Of a DNA stretch of 44,241 nt, positions 35,515 through 44,241 are shown piece after piece. The position numbers and the translations under genes are program-made. Positions within the stretch are counted from its first letter, which is position 1, and each line of letters starts with the position of its first letter. The stretch is from a virus (taxonomy: Duplodnaviria; Caudoviricetes): positions 1 through 44,241 of IMG/VR virus record IMGVR_UViG_3300037483_000122, one strand, 5' to 3'. Under the pieces are notes generated by a model. It worked only from the letters and a program-made list of their open reading frames with translations. It did no database searches and was not told the DNA's origin.

Positions 35515-36186
35515 CTAAGCTAGAGTCCCATACTGCGCTGCCCTACGAGAAATTGCATCACTCTTAGCCTGTTGACTAGTAATATTTTGCTGAGACCGGA
35601 AGTTATTAAAATCTAGACCAAGATTAGCTAAGAAATCTGCACGGGCCCTAGAAAGATCTGACTGACGATTATCAAACTGAGTAGATAGATCACCAGCAGC
35701 TTTACCAAAAAGACCAGAATGAAAAAGACCACGACCTGTGTAGTCATTCATTTGATCATCCATACCAACTTTTCTATCTGTACCTAGTTGATTGAGATTA
35801 GAAGCATAGTTAGTCTGATATTGATTTGACTGCATACCCATCTGAGCTTGGTAGTCTGCAAGAGCTTTATTCAGAGCAGCAAGCTGAGACTGGTATTGTG
35901 TATCTGCACCTAAGAATGATTCAATAGTAGGAGCTACTTGAGAGACTTGCCCTGTAGCATTAGAACCTACTCCTCCACCGCTATAACCCCCTCCTGTGCC
36001 ACCTGTGCTACCTCCATAATTAGTGGAAGGCACAGGAGCAGAAGGTTTAGGAGTTGGCCTAGGTCTGGGCCTGGGGGCGTTTACAAAAGGAGCACCCTGG
36101 GACTCATAAGTTGGAGGACGATATCTTAAAGTTGGAGGGCGAGGAGCTATTTGACCTATTTGCCCGCCACTGTGTTCACCCGGCAT
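35515..36186 (-). CDS. Internal virion protein
   Basis: Pro/Gly-rich N-terminus, Q/A-rich helix, GRGLFHSG. Confidence 0.7.
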   Translation of the reverse strand: MPGEHSGGQIGQIAPRPPTLRYRPPTYESQGAPFVNAPRPRPRPTPKPSAPVPSTNYGGSTGGTGGGYSGGGVGSNATGQVSQVAPTIESFLGADTQYQSQLAALNKALADYQAQMGMQSNQYQTNYASNLNQLGTDRKVGMDDQMNDYTGRGLFHSGLFGKAAGDLSTQFDNRQSDLSRARADFLANLGLDFNNFRSQQNITSQQAKSDAISRRAAQYGTLA

Positions 36187-36520
36187 GTTTATTACCTCTC
36201 AGCCATTCTGCTGAAAAATACTTCTTGCCCATACCAGCCTGCATTCTTCTAAGCAATGCATTTCTTTTAGCTTTTGTTAGAGCATCTCTTTCTTCATACC
36301 CTTGAGGATCTACTCTACCCATAGTAGGCATAGAACGCCCACCACCGTAATGCTTATTACCAGCGCTGTAGCGATTAAATCCTCCACCTGCAACACTTTT
36401 ACCGCTGCCGGTGTTGCCACTTCCGTGTACCTGACTTGGTGGTACCTGTATACTTTTACCTGGTCTTTGGAAAGCGCCAGGCATAGCACCAGGCATGTGC
36501 ACAAAACCTTTACTAGCCAT
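36176..36520 (-). CDS. Small basic virion-region protein
   Basis: 114 aa G/K/R-rich ORF in operon. Confidence 0.7.
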   Translation of the reverse strand: MASKGFVHMPGAMPGAFQRPGKSIQVPPSQVHGSGNTGSGKSVAGGGFNRYSAGNKHYGGGRSMPTMGRVDPQGYEERDALTKAKRNALLRRMQAGMGKKYFSAEWLRGNKHAG

Positions 36521-36557
36521 AGCTCAACTATACCACCCTTCTCATACTAAGCAAGTA

Positions 36558-38084
36558 TTAGTTAATCCTCTTGGGTGCTTGCTGCTTCTGGGAAATTACA
36601 GGATTTATTGTAAACAGTTTAGCAGGAGAAGTAGTAGCAGTTCCATCTGTCTGAAGCTGCACTTCAAAATAAACATTTCTAAATCTAATAGCTTTTAAGA
36701 ATTTTATAAATCTACGACCTGTAGACCCTGAAGCATCAGCTGAGTCTACTACAGAAGGAACAATATTAAGAGGCTGTCCCCATGTAAAGCCTGCTAAATC
36801 TCCCCATTTCATGCTTGAGAGCTGGCCCCATGTTACAGAGAAGCTATAGATAACTGGAGTAACCGTTCCTGTAACTGTTCCTTGGGCGATACAGTCTACT
36901 CCCCACCAGTACATCCTCTTAAATAGGTTAGGACTTTGAAAGTCAAAATACTTAGTTCTAGCTTTACATACTATAGTTTCAGTCAGTGTACTAAAAGCAT
37001 CTGTAAACTTAAATACGTCATTATCATTAAGTGCGGATGAACCACTTAGATACGACAAAGGAGCGTTACTAGTGCTATCCTTAGGTAGTTGAGTAAACCT
37101 ACCTACTAACTTAGTCGTCACCCACGTAGTCCACGTCCTAGTTTTTAGATTAAATACGTATACCTTATCGAAATAACGAAGAACCATTCTATCGCCCACT
37201 TTAGACAACGCTACAGGGCGATCGTACGTAGTAGGGTTAGTAAAGTCAGGAGTAAAATCTACTTTATAGTTAAGTTTGCTAAATATGTAGTTAACAAGCT
37301 CATACAAGAAACCTTCATGGTACACATAAATAGTATTTTCAAATTGAGCTAAACACTCAATAGAAGACACACCAATTGAATTAGATATGGGCTGTAGCAC
37401 GCCCTTAGTAGGAGACGAATCGTAAGAGAACACATACGTGCTATCACTCTTAAAACAATACAGAGAGTTACCAGAAGAATATATATCTATTATTTTCTGA
37501 CCATCGCCGGGATTGACATCAAAGAAATCTGACCCAGACCAAGTAGCTGGATCGGCAATAGCACTAAATGCAATACGGCTTTCGTTAGTTGTAGCTTTAC
37601 TACCGGCACATATATACAATCTATCTTTGAAAATTTGACCTGCCATACCCTTAGGCATAGCTGAAACAGCAGTAAATGTACCAGCAGCTCCCGGAGTTGT
37701 GGGTACCCACGAACCACCAGGATTAGCAGATCCAGGCTCAACAATTAACCATGCTTTATTTCCGTACTGAACCATAGCTGCTGCTCTAAAGCCTGTAGTA
37801 ATTTGTACCCAGGTACCACTGTTATCATAGTATATTATATTAGTAGTAGCACCTATAGTCCATACTGCGCCATTGTTGTCTACAAAACAACCTAGTATAT
37901 GTAACGTATCCGCTACAGGGCCAGCAGTATAATCGGTTATAGGTGGCCTACTTGATAATGATCCATCTGTATCAAATTCAAAGTTCTCACATACAGAGAG
38001 TTCATCATCAGCAATAGAAGAGGGGTCACTGGAGCTATTAAGACCGCCCTTAAAAGGCCCCAGTCTAACAGCTTCTCCAGGCAT
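36558..38084 (-). CDS. Tail tubular B / nozzle-like protein
   Basis: FKGGLN N-terminus, beta-propeller-like pattern (FKDRLY, DPATW). Confidence 0.75.
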   Translation of the reverse strand: MPGEAVRLGPFKGGLNSSSDPSSIADDELSVCENFEFDTDGSLSSRPPITDYTAGPVADTLHILGCFVDNNGAVWTIGATTNIIYYDNSGTWVQITTGFRAAAMVQYGNKAWLIVEPGSANPGGSWVPTTPGAAGTFTAVSAMPKGMAGQIFKDRLYICAGSKATTNESRIAFSAIADPATWSGSDFFDVNPGDGQKIIDIYSSGNSLYCFKSDSTYVFSYDSSPTKGVLQPISNSIGVSSIECLAQFENTIYVYHEGFLYELVNYIFSKLNYKVDFTPDFTNPTTYDRPVALSKVGDRMVLRYFDKVYVFNLKTRTWTTWVTTKLVGRFTQLPKDSTSNAPLSYLSGSSALNDNDVFKFTDAFSTLTETIVCKARTKYFDFQSPNLFKRMYWWGVDCIAQGTVTGTVTPVIYSFSVTWGQLSSMKWGDLAGFTWGQPLNIVPSVVDSADASGSTGRRFIKFLKAIRFRNVYFEVQLQTDGTATTSPAKLFTINPVISQKQQAPKRIN

Positions 38085-38737
38085 TACATATCCTCTTCCA
38101 TTACCATAATAGTGTGATACGTTCCTCTAACATAAGTCTGAGGATCTTGGGCTAACTGATTAAGACTCGCATCAGACTGTTGAGCCTTAATAGCGGATCC
38201 TTGCCAGTCATCGTCCTGCTCATACGCCTGAGCAAGAACGTACTGTAGTATAGCGTCGAAATATTGATCAGGAACACCTAATAAGTCAGTAACAATGCTA
38301 ATAGCTGCTGGATACTGAACATAGTATATATCAATGTCGTCACCGCTAAGCTGCGGAACAGGGTACAGCGAAATTACACTAGCCCACTCATAAAATAGTG
38401 TAGGTGTATCGGATTGAATTTGAGTAGGATCGTACTTAGCTATATACTCTTGGGCCTCTTGAAAGCCCATGTATCTCAGTGGTACACCCGCATAATGCAG
38501 ATGTTCTATATTAAGAATATTAAGGCCACTAAACGTATAGTCCTTCTGGCCTGCCACAGAAGGAGTTGTAGATTTAGCTTTTAGTATTCTATTTTTTCTA
38601 ACTACCTCAGTTATAGCAGAGTTAGTCCATGCAGTAATGTCAGCTAGAGTTATCTGAGAACCTGACTCGTCACCAAATTGCCTGGTAACTCTGTCAAATA
38701 TGTTCTGCAGAGTTTTAGTAGTAACGGCCAGTCCCAT
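38084..38737 (-). CDS. Tail tubular A / head-tail adaptor
   Basis: ITAWTNSA, GQKDYTF, ISLYPVP, VPDQYFDAILQYVL. Confidence 0.75.
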   Translation of the reverse strand: MGLAVTTKTLQNIFDRVTRQFGDESGSQITLADITAWTNSAITEVVRKNRILKAKSTTPSVAGQKDYTFSGLNILNIEHLHYAGVPLRYMGFQEAQEYIAKYDPTQIQSDTPTLFYEWASVISLYPVPQLSGDDIDIYYVQYPAAISIVTDLLGVPDQYFDAILQYVLAQAYEQDDDWQGSAIKAQQSDASLNQLAQDPQTYVRGTYHTIMVMEEDM

Positions 38738-38745
38738 GGTATCCC

Positions 38746-39189
38746 CTACTGATATTTAACACCGTTGTGCTTGTAGGCGTTAAGAGGGCTCTTAATAATA
38801 CTTAATGCTATATCTTGAGCAGCATCCAGCTTTTCTTGGTCTCTCTTTAATTGCATTGCTTTTTTAGCAGCCTCATGTGCTTCTAGCCTGCCCAAAATAT
38901 CAGTACCGCCACGAGCCTGATCATTGGACCAAAGCCACTCAAGAAGTCTAACATCCACTTCAGAGTCTTTACAGCGACGAACCACATACTGAGATTTACC
39001 AGGAGGCATATGAACAATAGCAAACGGTTCGGTATCATTTAGATCCCTTTTATCAGGAGGAATCCACATGAGGTATAAGTCAGGATTGTAATCCTGTATA
39101 ATTTCAGCTATTATCCTATGCTCTTCTGATATAAAATAACCACAATCAGCATCGTACATATAAGAATTGTGTAGATCTACAGCAGCCAT
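38746..39189 (-). CDS. Hypothetical virion-region protein
   Basis: 147 aa ORF, GAGGAG RBS. Confidence 0.75.
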   Translation of the reverse strand: MAAVDLHNSYMYDADCGYFISEEHRIIAEIIQDYNPDLYLMWIPPDKRDLNDTEPFAIVHMPPGKSQYVVRRCKDSEVDVRLLEWLWSNDQARGGTDILGRLEAHEAAKKAMQLKRDQEKLDAAQDIALSIIKSPLNAYKHNGVKYQ

Positions 39190-39461
39190 GTTGGGGGCTC
39201 CTCATTAGCTAGTTCATACATATCACGTAAAGTTTCCCCAACCCCGTCAGCTCCTGTCTTAGCTTTCAATCTAGCAAACTCTCTGTCAGTAATAGAACCG
39301 GTCGTGTATCCAAGTCCTGTCAAATACTGCATATATAAATCAGCATTAGTCTTCCAATATCCAGCAGGAGGAGCTGGTGGATCAGATAACTGGGTTAGGT
39401 ACCCAACTGGTCTTACCTGTAAAGGTTGAGTGTACCTAACTAGCCTTCCTAAATTAGCCAT
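39177..39461 (-). CDS. Hypothetical protein
   Basis: GAGGAG RBS, TAATG coupling. Confidence 0.7.
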   Translation of the reverse strand: MANLGRLVRYTQPLQVRPVGYLTQLSDPPAPPAGYWKTNADLYMQYLTGLGYTTGSITDREFARLKAKTGADGVGETLRDMYELANEEPPTWLL

Positions 39462-40249
39462 TACCAGACACTCCTCATGTTAGCATATATAGGGAATATC
39501 TGAGGTATCGCTACAGGGGATATTAGCGACGGTCCGATGGCTAAAGTTGCTGCAATCCAGTGAAACTTAGTAGGTGTTGGGGTTGTAGTATCTTGGAACA
39601 CACACCCTGATTGGGATGCCCCTCCACCTCCAGATAGCTGCCTGTATCCTGCTGTAACCTCAGCATTAGTGGAGGCAGCCGATGTAGAAGAATCATAGTA
39701 AGCTTGAGTATATGGAGAATTTGCAGTTTTAGTTCTAACGTAAGGTGTAACATTAGAACAAGATGCCATGATACCAACTAGCAATGAATCATCAGTATCC
39801 GGAGTAACACTAGGCCCTGTAGCGGTAACTACACCGTCAGCATTCGCAGTGTACGTCCCTAATGCAGTTACTATGTCATCAAATACACACCCACGTATTA
39901 ATAATCCTCCAATAGCCTGACGTCTAACTACACTACCATCACCAGGAGGTATAAACGAAGATACGACAGCTTCCGAATCCCCAGGACCTACGGGGGCGTA
40001 TCCCATATACCAGGACATAGCTGTACCGGCAGTATTAGATATTGTTGTTAGTGCGTTTGCTAATCCTGTAGGAACAGTTGGCACTGCTGTAGCACGCTCA
40101 GCAGTTACATGCAAAATTAGAACATCACCATCTAGTATCCCAGCTGGCATAGCTACTTCTACATGGTCTACAGAAGTAGATCCAGAGTTATTATGAGGAG
40201 TAGCCTCAACAGTCGTAGACAATTGACTCTCCTCCCTAACTAGCCACAT
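39461..40249 (-). CDS. Putative fibre/decoration beta-sandwich protein
   Basis: PAGILDGDVLIL and PSVTPDTDDSLLV motifs; S/T-rich; start uncertain. Confidence 0.65.
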   Translation of the reverse strand: MWLVREESQLSTTVEATPHNNSGSTSVDHVEVAMPAGILDGDVLILHVTAERATAVPTVPTGLANALTTISNTAGTAMSWYMGYAPVGPGDSEAVVSSFIPPGDGSVVRRQAIGGLLIRGCVFDDIVTALGTYTANADGVVTATGPSVTPDTDDSLLVGIMASCSNVTPYVRTKTANSPYTQAYYDSSTSAASTNAEVTAGYRQLSGGGGASQSGCVFQDTTTPTPTKFHWIAATLAIGPSLISPVAIPQIFPIYANMRSVW

Positions 40250-41147
40250 GGGGGGTTACAAAATTATTATTATCTAGATATCTGTTCTCTGGGAAACTAT
40301 AGATAAGGTTACTATTGATATTAAATGAGTTGCTTACAAAATCTCTTCCCCACTTGTTATTACTAATAGTACCAATATCAACGCCAGAAAGACTTGTCTT
40401 AGACGCATTAACTGTTACTTCTCCGCCATAGAGCCAGTTACCGTTTACAAGACCATTCATATCACTGACATTATCTGTATACATTAGAACTGAAGTAGAC
40501 TGAATTTGTCCATCACCAGGCATTTCACCAAACGGTGCTACCTGGCTATTAAATCCGTGTAACGAGTTACCTAGTATGTTGAAATTAGTCCCACCTTCAA
40601 TTTGAATAACATCATTGTGGGTACCGTCAGTTTGAGATGGATCATTAGCCCACCAAAGTAGTTCATCTCCGTAGCACTGCTGCACCCACACATCAGCTAC
40701 AGACCCCCCACGGTTACGAATTCTAACGCCATCTTTAAAACGTCTAATATAGCAACGTAAAGCTTTAAATCCATAACCTACAATAGCATACTCATGAGTT
40801 GAGTTAGTAGGAGACTCAGCTTCAAAAGTACAGTCGTTATACTCTGTACCGCCATAGCTGTTAGTTGTATCGTCACAGTCAGCTCTGTTAGAAAACCAAC
40901 AGTTATTATATTTAATGTTATCAGCTCTACGACTAGCTATGCCTTGAAACCAGATATTATTGAATATTTGACCATCAGTGCTGTGCGTTACGTTGCCAGC
41001 TACTACTGTTAAAGCTGACCTAGCTGGTGTGCCTCCTACAATACCAGTTGTAGAAACTGGAGCAGGCTCATACCCATATAGTTGTAAATCTCCCCGACCA
41101 GTAGAGGCGCCTAATCCGGTCGGCAAAACTCTAGGCCGGACAAGCAT
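40236..41147 (-). CDS. Parallel beta-helix (pectin-lyase-like) protein, possible depolymerase
   Basis: DGTHNDVIQIEGG, ILGN, NGNWLYGG, ISNNKWG Asn-ladder pattern; AAAGGTG RBS before ATG 41147. Confidence 0.7.
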   Translation of the reverse strand: MLVRPRVLPTGLGASTGRGDLQLYGYEPAPVSTTGIVGGTPARSALTVVAGNVTHSTDGQIFNNIWFQGIASRRADNIKYNNCWFSNRADCDDTTNSYGGTEYNDCTFEAESPTNSTHEYAIVGYGFKALRCYIRRFKDGVRIRNRGGSVADVWVQQCYGDELLWWANDPSQTDGTHNDVIQIEGGTNFNILGNSLHGFNSQVAPFGEMPGDGQIQSTSVLMYTDNVSDMNGLVNGNWLYGGEVTVNASKTSLSGVDIGTISNNKWGRDFVSNSFNINSNLIYSFPENRYLDNNNFVTPHVAS

Positions 41148-41148
41148 G

Positions 41149-41607
41149 TTAGCACCTTTCAAAGACCATAGACGCTCTAGCATTTACGGGAGCCGGAGCA
41201 GTGCACCTGAGAATAAATGCATTGGATACGGCACAGTCAGGAGTATCTCCCAAAGGCCAGTCGTACCATAGAGTACCACCTACAGGAGTTATAAGGCTCT
41301 GCTCAATTACTGTTAGTACAGTAGGCTCAGCAGTATAGCTATACCCGGTTGTGAACCCAGCAGTAATAGTACGGCCATATATCTGCCGAACAGTTCCTGC
41401 CGTAGAAGTACCTGCTGTAGCCTGAGTTGAAGTACACAGCTCACATAGAACGGGAGCTGCACTAAATGTCACACCGTCAAAAGATAGCTTAAGCTTCTTA
41501 AGGTCTACACCAAATTGTGCAGGAGCTATAACACTAAGAACTGATTTAGCAACACCGGCTGCCAAAGCTGTAGCCGCTTCATTTCGTACGGAGTATCCAG
41601 CCTTCAT
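41149..41607 (-). CDS. Putative capsid decoration or virion protein
   Basis: GAGGAG RBS before ATG 41607; A/T-rich beta pattern; directly after capsid gene. Confidence 0.65.
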   Translation of the reverse strand: MKAGYSVRNEAATALAAGVAKSVLSVIAPAQFGVDLKKLKLSFDGVTFSAAPVLCELCTSTQATAGTSTAGTVRQIYGRTITAGFTTGYSYTAEPTVLTVIEQSLITPVGGTLWYDWPLGDTPDCAVSNAFILRCTAPAPVNARASMVFERC

Positions 41608-41627
41608 TTTTAAACTCCTCATGAAGA

Positions 41628-41655
41628 AGTGGGGGCGGCCGTAACCGCCCCCACT
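41628..41655 (-). terminator. Terminator after major capsid gene
   Basis: 11-bp perfect stem AGTGGGGGCGG/CCGCCCCCACT then TCTT. Confidence 0.8.
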
Positions 41656-41663
41656 ATCTAATC

Positions 41664-42854
41664 TTAACCTTCGGTAAGATCCTTGATAACTCCGTGGCTG
41701 TTGCGGCGATGCGTACCAAGCTCACTGTACTGGAACATAGTAGCTTCGTAAGCGTCATATCCAACTACACGCTGCCACATAGAACCATCACGGTCCATAA
41801 AGGACCAGTCAGCTTCTCGGTACCACTTAAGCATCTTCTCATTAACATGGAACTGAGTATTCGGAGGCGCATCAGTATCTGCTACTACAGGAATTTCACC
41901 ATCATCAGTAGTAAACGCAAGACCGGTGAAGCCACCGGTGAACTCTTTAACATTTACAATCTGACGCTGCTGAGAAAGCAGGTTGAAGTATGCCCTACGA
42001 ACACCGAGGCTCTGGAGAATAAGAGAAACCTTGCCACCCTTGGTACGGATGCTGTCAACTGCAAGGATCATAAGACCCTCTGACAGTGCACGGTTAGTAC
42101 CACTGTTAGAGTCTACATAGGACTTCCACCGGGGCTGAGTAGTGGGGTCAACATTAAAGAGAGTCCCACTATCTTTAATAATAGACCCAAAACCATCCCA
42201 TTCACGGCCATAGTTGCCGGTACGGACAACTAAGTCACCCGCTACACCGGTAACGGCCGCACCACTAATAGTGATAGTCTTAGTAGCAGTGTTAACAGCA
42301 GTAATTTCACGGTTAGACGCAATAATCGTACCATTGGCCTGGGTAACATCTACCATCTGACCTTCTTCTGCCCACACAACGTGTGTACCAACAATATCGT
42401 TGGACGAAGTATAGGTAGCCGCAGAAGTTACAATAGCACCCAGAGTATCTCCGTAGACCTGGCGGTTAAGGTCTTTAGCAAGGTCAGTTTTAAGGCCATT
42501 AACTTCCAGATCCAATGCAGAAATGAAAGCCTGAGGATTAGACTTAGCAAGTTCCATAGTCTGGCCAGTTAGCTGGACTCGGCCATACAGGTACTTAAGG
42601 CCGACACGTGCAGCTGCGGTACCCTGCTGACCAGCAGTAGGCAGGGCCTCAGATTCATTACGAGCACCAATACCAGAGTTACGCTTGGTGTGAATTGGGA
42701 AAACTACGTACTTACCGCCAACATCTGAAGAGACACCTTCAGATGTTTTTTGAACACGAGTAAGGGCAGTAGTACTATTATTAAGCTGGTCCTGCATATC
42801 CTTTTCATACAGTTCTTTAGTGATTGCACTAATAGTGGTCATTGTTGCAGGCAT
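41664..42854 (-). CDS. Major capsid protein
   Basis: 396 aa after scaffold; GIGARNESEALP, KDLNRQVYGD, HRRNSHGVIKDL; biased codon use; downstream terminator. Confidence 0.88.
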   Translation of the reverse strand: MPATMTTISAITKELYEKDMQDQLNNSTTALTRVQKTSEGVSSDVGGKYVVFPIHTKRNSGIGARNESEALPTAGQQGTAAARVGLKYLYGRVQLTGQTMELAKSNPQAFISALDLEVNGLKTDLAKDLNRQVYGDTLGAIVTSAATYTSSNDIVGTHVVWAEEGQMVDVTQANGTIIASNREITAVNTATKTITISGAAVTGVAGDLVVRTGNYGREWDGFGSIIKDSGTLFNVDPTTQPRWKSYVDSNSGTNRALSEGLMILAVDSIRTKGGKVSLILQSLGVRRAYFNLLSQQRQIVNVKEFTGGFTGLAFTTDDGEIPVVADTDAPPNTQFHVNEKMLKWYREADWSFMDRDGSMWQRVVGYDAYEATMFQYSELGTHRRNSHGVIKDLTEG

Positions 42855-43810
42855 TATGACTCCCTCAAAGCACTAGTCAGCAGCGATACGCCGTACGCTT
42901 TACGTTGTTCTTCTGTCATTCCCTTAGTGCCCGGTGAAGCAGTAGAAGGAGTACCATTGCTAGGCGGGATAACTGGAGGAGCCCCATTATTAGGAGTAGG
43001 AGTGTTCCTAATCCCACTAATAAGTTCCACATACTGCCCCACAGCTGCGTCAAGAGCGCCATCAAAATCTTTAGTACGCTCTCCTATTGCAGCTGCTGAA
43101 TGAATGATGTAGTCCCAAGCTTTTGCTGCCTGAGGATTAGAATTAGGATTCATATCTAATCCGTATTTCTCTTTCAGACTAGCAGTAATTTGAGACTGCT
43201 TCATATCCAGCCAAGTATCTGCCTGACGTTGCATCTCCATCTGCTGAGCATGTTCCAGCTGCTGCGCTATCATTTGCTGCTGCTGCTCTAATTGCTGAAA
43301 TCTGGGATCCTTACTTATATCTACTTGCTGATCCCCAAATTCCCCAAGGTCTACTTCACCAGTTTGTTGCTGTGGCTGCTGGCCCTGCTCACCTAACGCC
43401 CCTTGACTTTGTAACCATTCACCCATTTGACTATAGAAAGTAACCGGGTCAGTATTAAGAAGATTATACATCTGCTGAGCATTACGTAACTGCTCAGGGT
43501 CCGGCTTACTCTCTAAAAATTCTTTATAAGGAGCATACTGTGAGTGTACCTGAGTTAGCTTTTCCTGAACTCCTTTATCCCACTTTTCCAGGGTAGGACG
43601 AAGGTTGTCATGAAGCATTTCTGGAACCTGAGAAAGAATTTCCTGCCAAGCAGGATGTCCGGTACTAGTCTGCGACGCTACAGGCTCTGTAGGTGTTACT
43701 TGTGGAGGCTCTTGAAAAGTAGGAGCTGTAGCGGCAGGAGTAGTAGCTGGATCTCCTGTTTCTGTAGCATTAGCAGTATTTAAAGCATTAAGAGCTTCTT
43801 CAGGTCCCAT
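42854..43810 (-). CDS. Capsid scaffolding protein
   Basis: Q/E/P-rich, between portal and capsid genes. Confidence 0.75.
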   Translation of the reverse strand: MGPEEALNALNTANATETGDPATTPAATAPTFQEPPQVTPTEPVASQTSTGHPAWQEILSQVPEMLHDNLRPTLEKWDKGVQEKLTQVHSQYAPYKEFLESKPDPEQLRNAQQMYNLLNTDPVTFYSQMGEWLQSQGALGEQGQQPQQQTGEVDLGEFGDQQVDISKDPRFQQLEQQQQMIAQQLEHAQQMEMQRQADTWLDMKQSQITASLKEKYGLDMNPNSNPQAAKAWDYIIHSAAAIGERTKDFDGALDAAVGQYVELISGIRNTPTPNNGAPPVIPPSNGTPSTASPGTKGMTEEQRKAYGVSLLTSALRES

Positions 43811-43891
43811 TTTACTACTTTCTATGAATGCTGTACCGGCTCTCCGGCCCTGGCTACTATCTAGAGTGTATTGATAAGGTCAAGTAATTCT

Positions 43892-44134
43892 TTAAATACC
43901 AGCTGAGTCGGAGCTAGCGGTGCGAAGTGCATAAATCATATCATTCTTAGTCATCGCATCCAGACGTGCAGTTGTATAACTAGTAGCACTTAAAGCAGTT
44001 AGCCTAGCACGCAGACCTTTAATATCATCCATATTATCTTCTTCTACGAAGACTGCTGAGTTAGCTTTATCAATTCCTCTACCTATGCGCTTATCTGTAA
44101 GTCCGCGATTAGTAGAGATGTCAAAGTCAGCCAT
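43892..44134 (-). CDS. 80 aa hypothetical protein after portal
   Basis: ATG overlaps the portal stop region, GGGAG RBS. Confidence 0.7.
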   Translation of the reverse strand: MADFDISTNRGLTDKRIGRGIDKANSAVFVEEDNMDDIKGLRARLTALSATSYTTARLDAMTKNDMIYALRTASSDSAGI

Positions 44135-44241
44135 TAGGAGCTCCCATCTCATTTCCTGGTGGTAATTGTCCTTCTTGTTGCGGTGGCATACCTCCTGAGG
44201 ATGACTGATCTAAGCCAGACATTCCCAGACCACCGGCTACC
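44115..44241. repeat. Contig-end direct repeat (copy 2)
   Basis: Identical to 1-127. Confidence 0.95.

Larger units (their letters stand above)
1047..43733. repeat. Dispersed octamer CGCTACAG/CTGTAGCG, 56 exact copies by manual count
   Basis: 30 plus-strand and 26 minus-strand copies; coordinates listed in findings. Confidence 0.93.

Noticed and set aside
1047-43733. Octamer copies as CRISPR array, REP or IS ends
   Set aside because: Only 8-9 bp, irregular kilobase spacing, mostly intragenic; no transposase or cas operon (the Cas4-like gene sits in a recombination module)

Overview
The window is an apparently complete, circularly assembled ~44.1 kb tailed-phage genome (bases 1-127 are repeated at 44115-44241). 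Two divergent arms meet at an AT-rich repeat near 7.7 kb and converge near 27.5 kb. The minus arm runs from an HTH protein, probable small terminase, amidase, large terminase and portal across the wrap point to scaffold, major capsid, podovirus-like tail tubular proteins, internal virion proteins, transglycosylase, holin-like proteins and WhiB. The plus arm carries many small early genes, an SNF2 helicase, deaminase, HNH protein, Cas4-like nuclease, Sak4-like ATPase, SSB, RepB-type primase-helicase, family A polymerase and RuvC-like resolvase. I see no integrase, tape measure or RNA polymerase, so a lytic podovirus-like phage is inferred. WhiB and leaderless-type promoters suggest an actinobacterial host despite moderate GC (about 45% by eye). 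The strongest unexplained signal is the octamer CGCTACAG: I count 56 exact copies by hand (30 plus, 26 minus) where about one is expected, spread genome-wide and read in several frames. Also notable: tRNA-Leu(TAA), tRNA-Ile(TAT), a tRNA-like RNA with an extended anticodon arm, several structured non-coding blocks, an L7/L12-like early gene, an Acb2/Tad1-like candidate and a shared MPGEHSG motif in two internal virion proteins. All family assignments come from motif recognition, not database searches.
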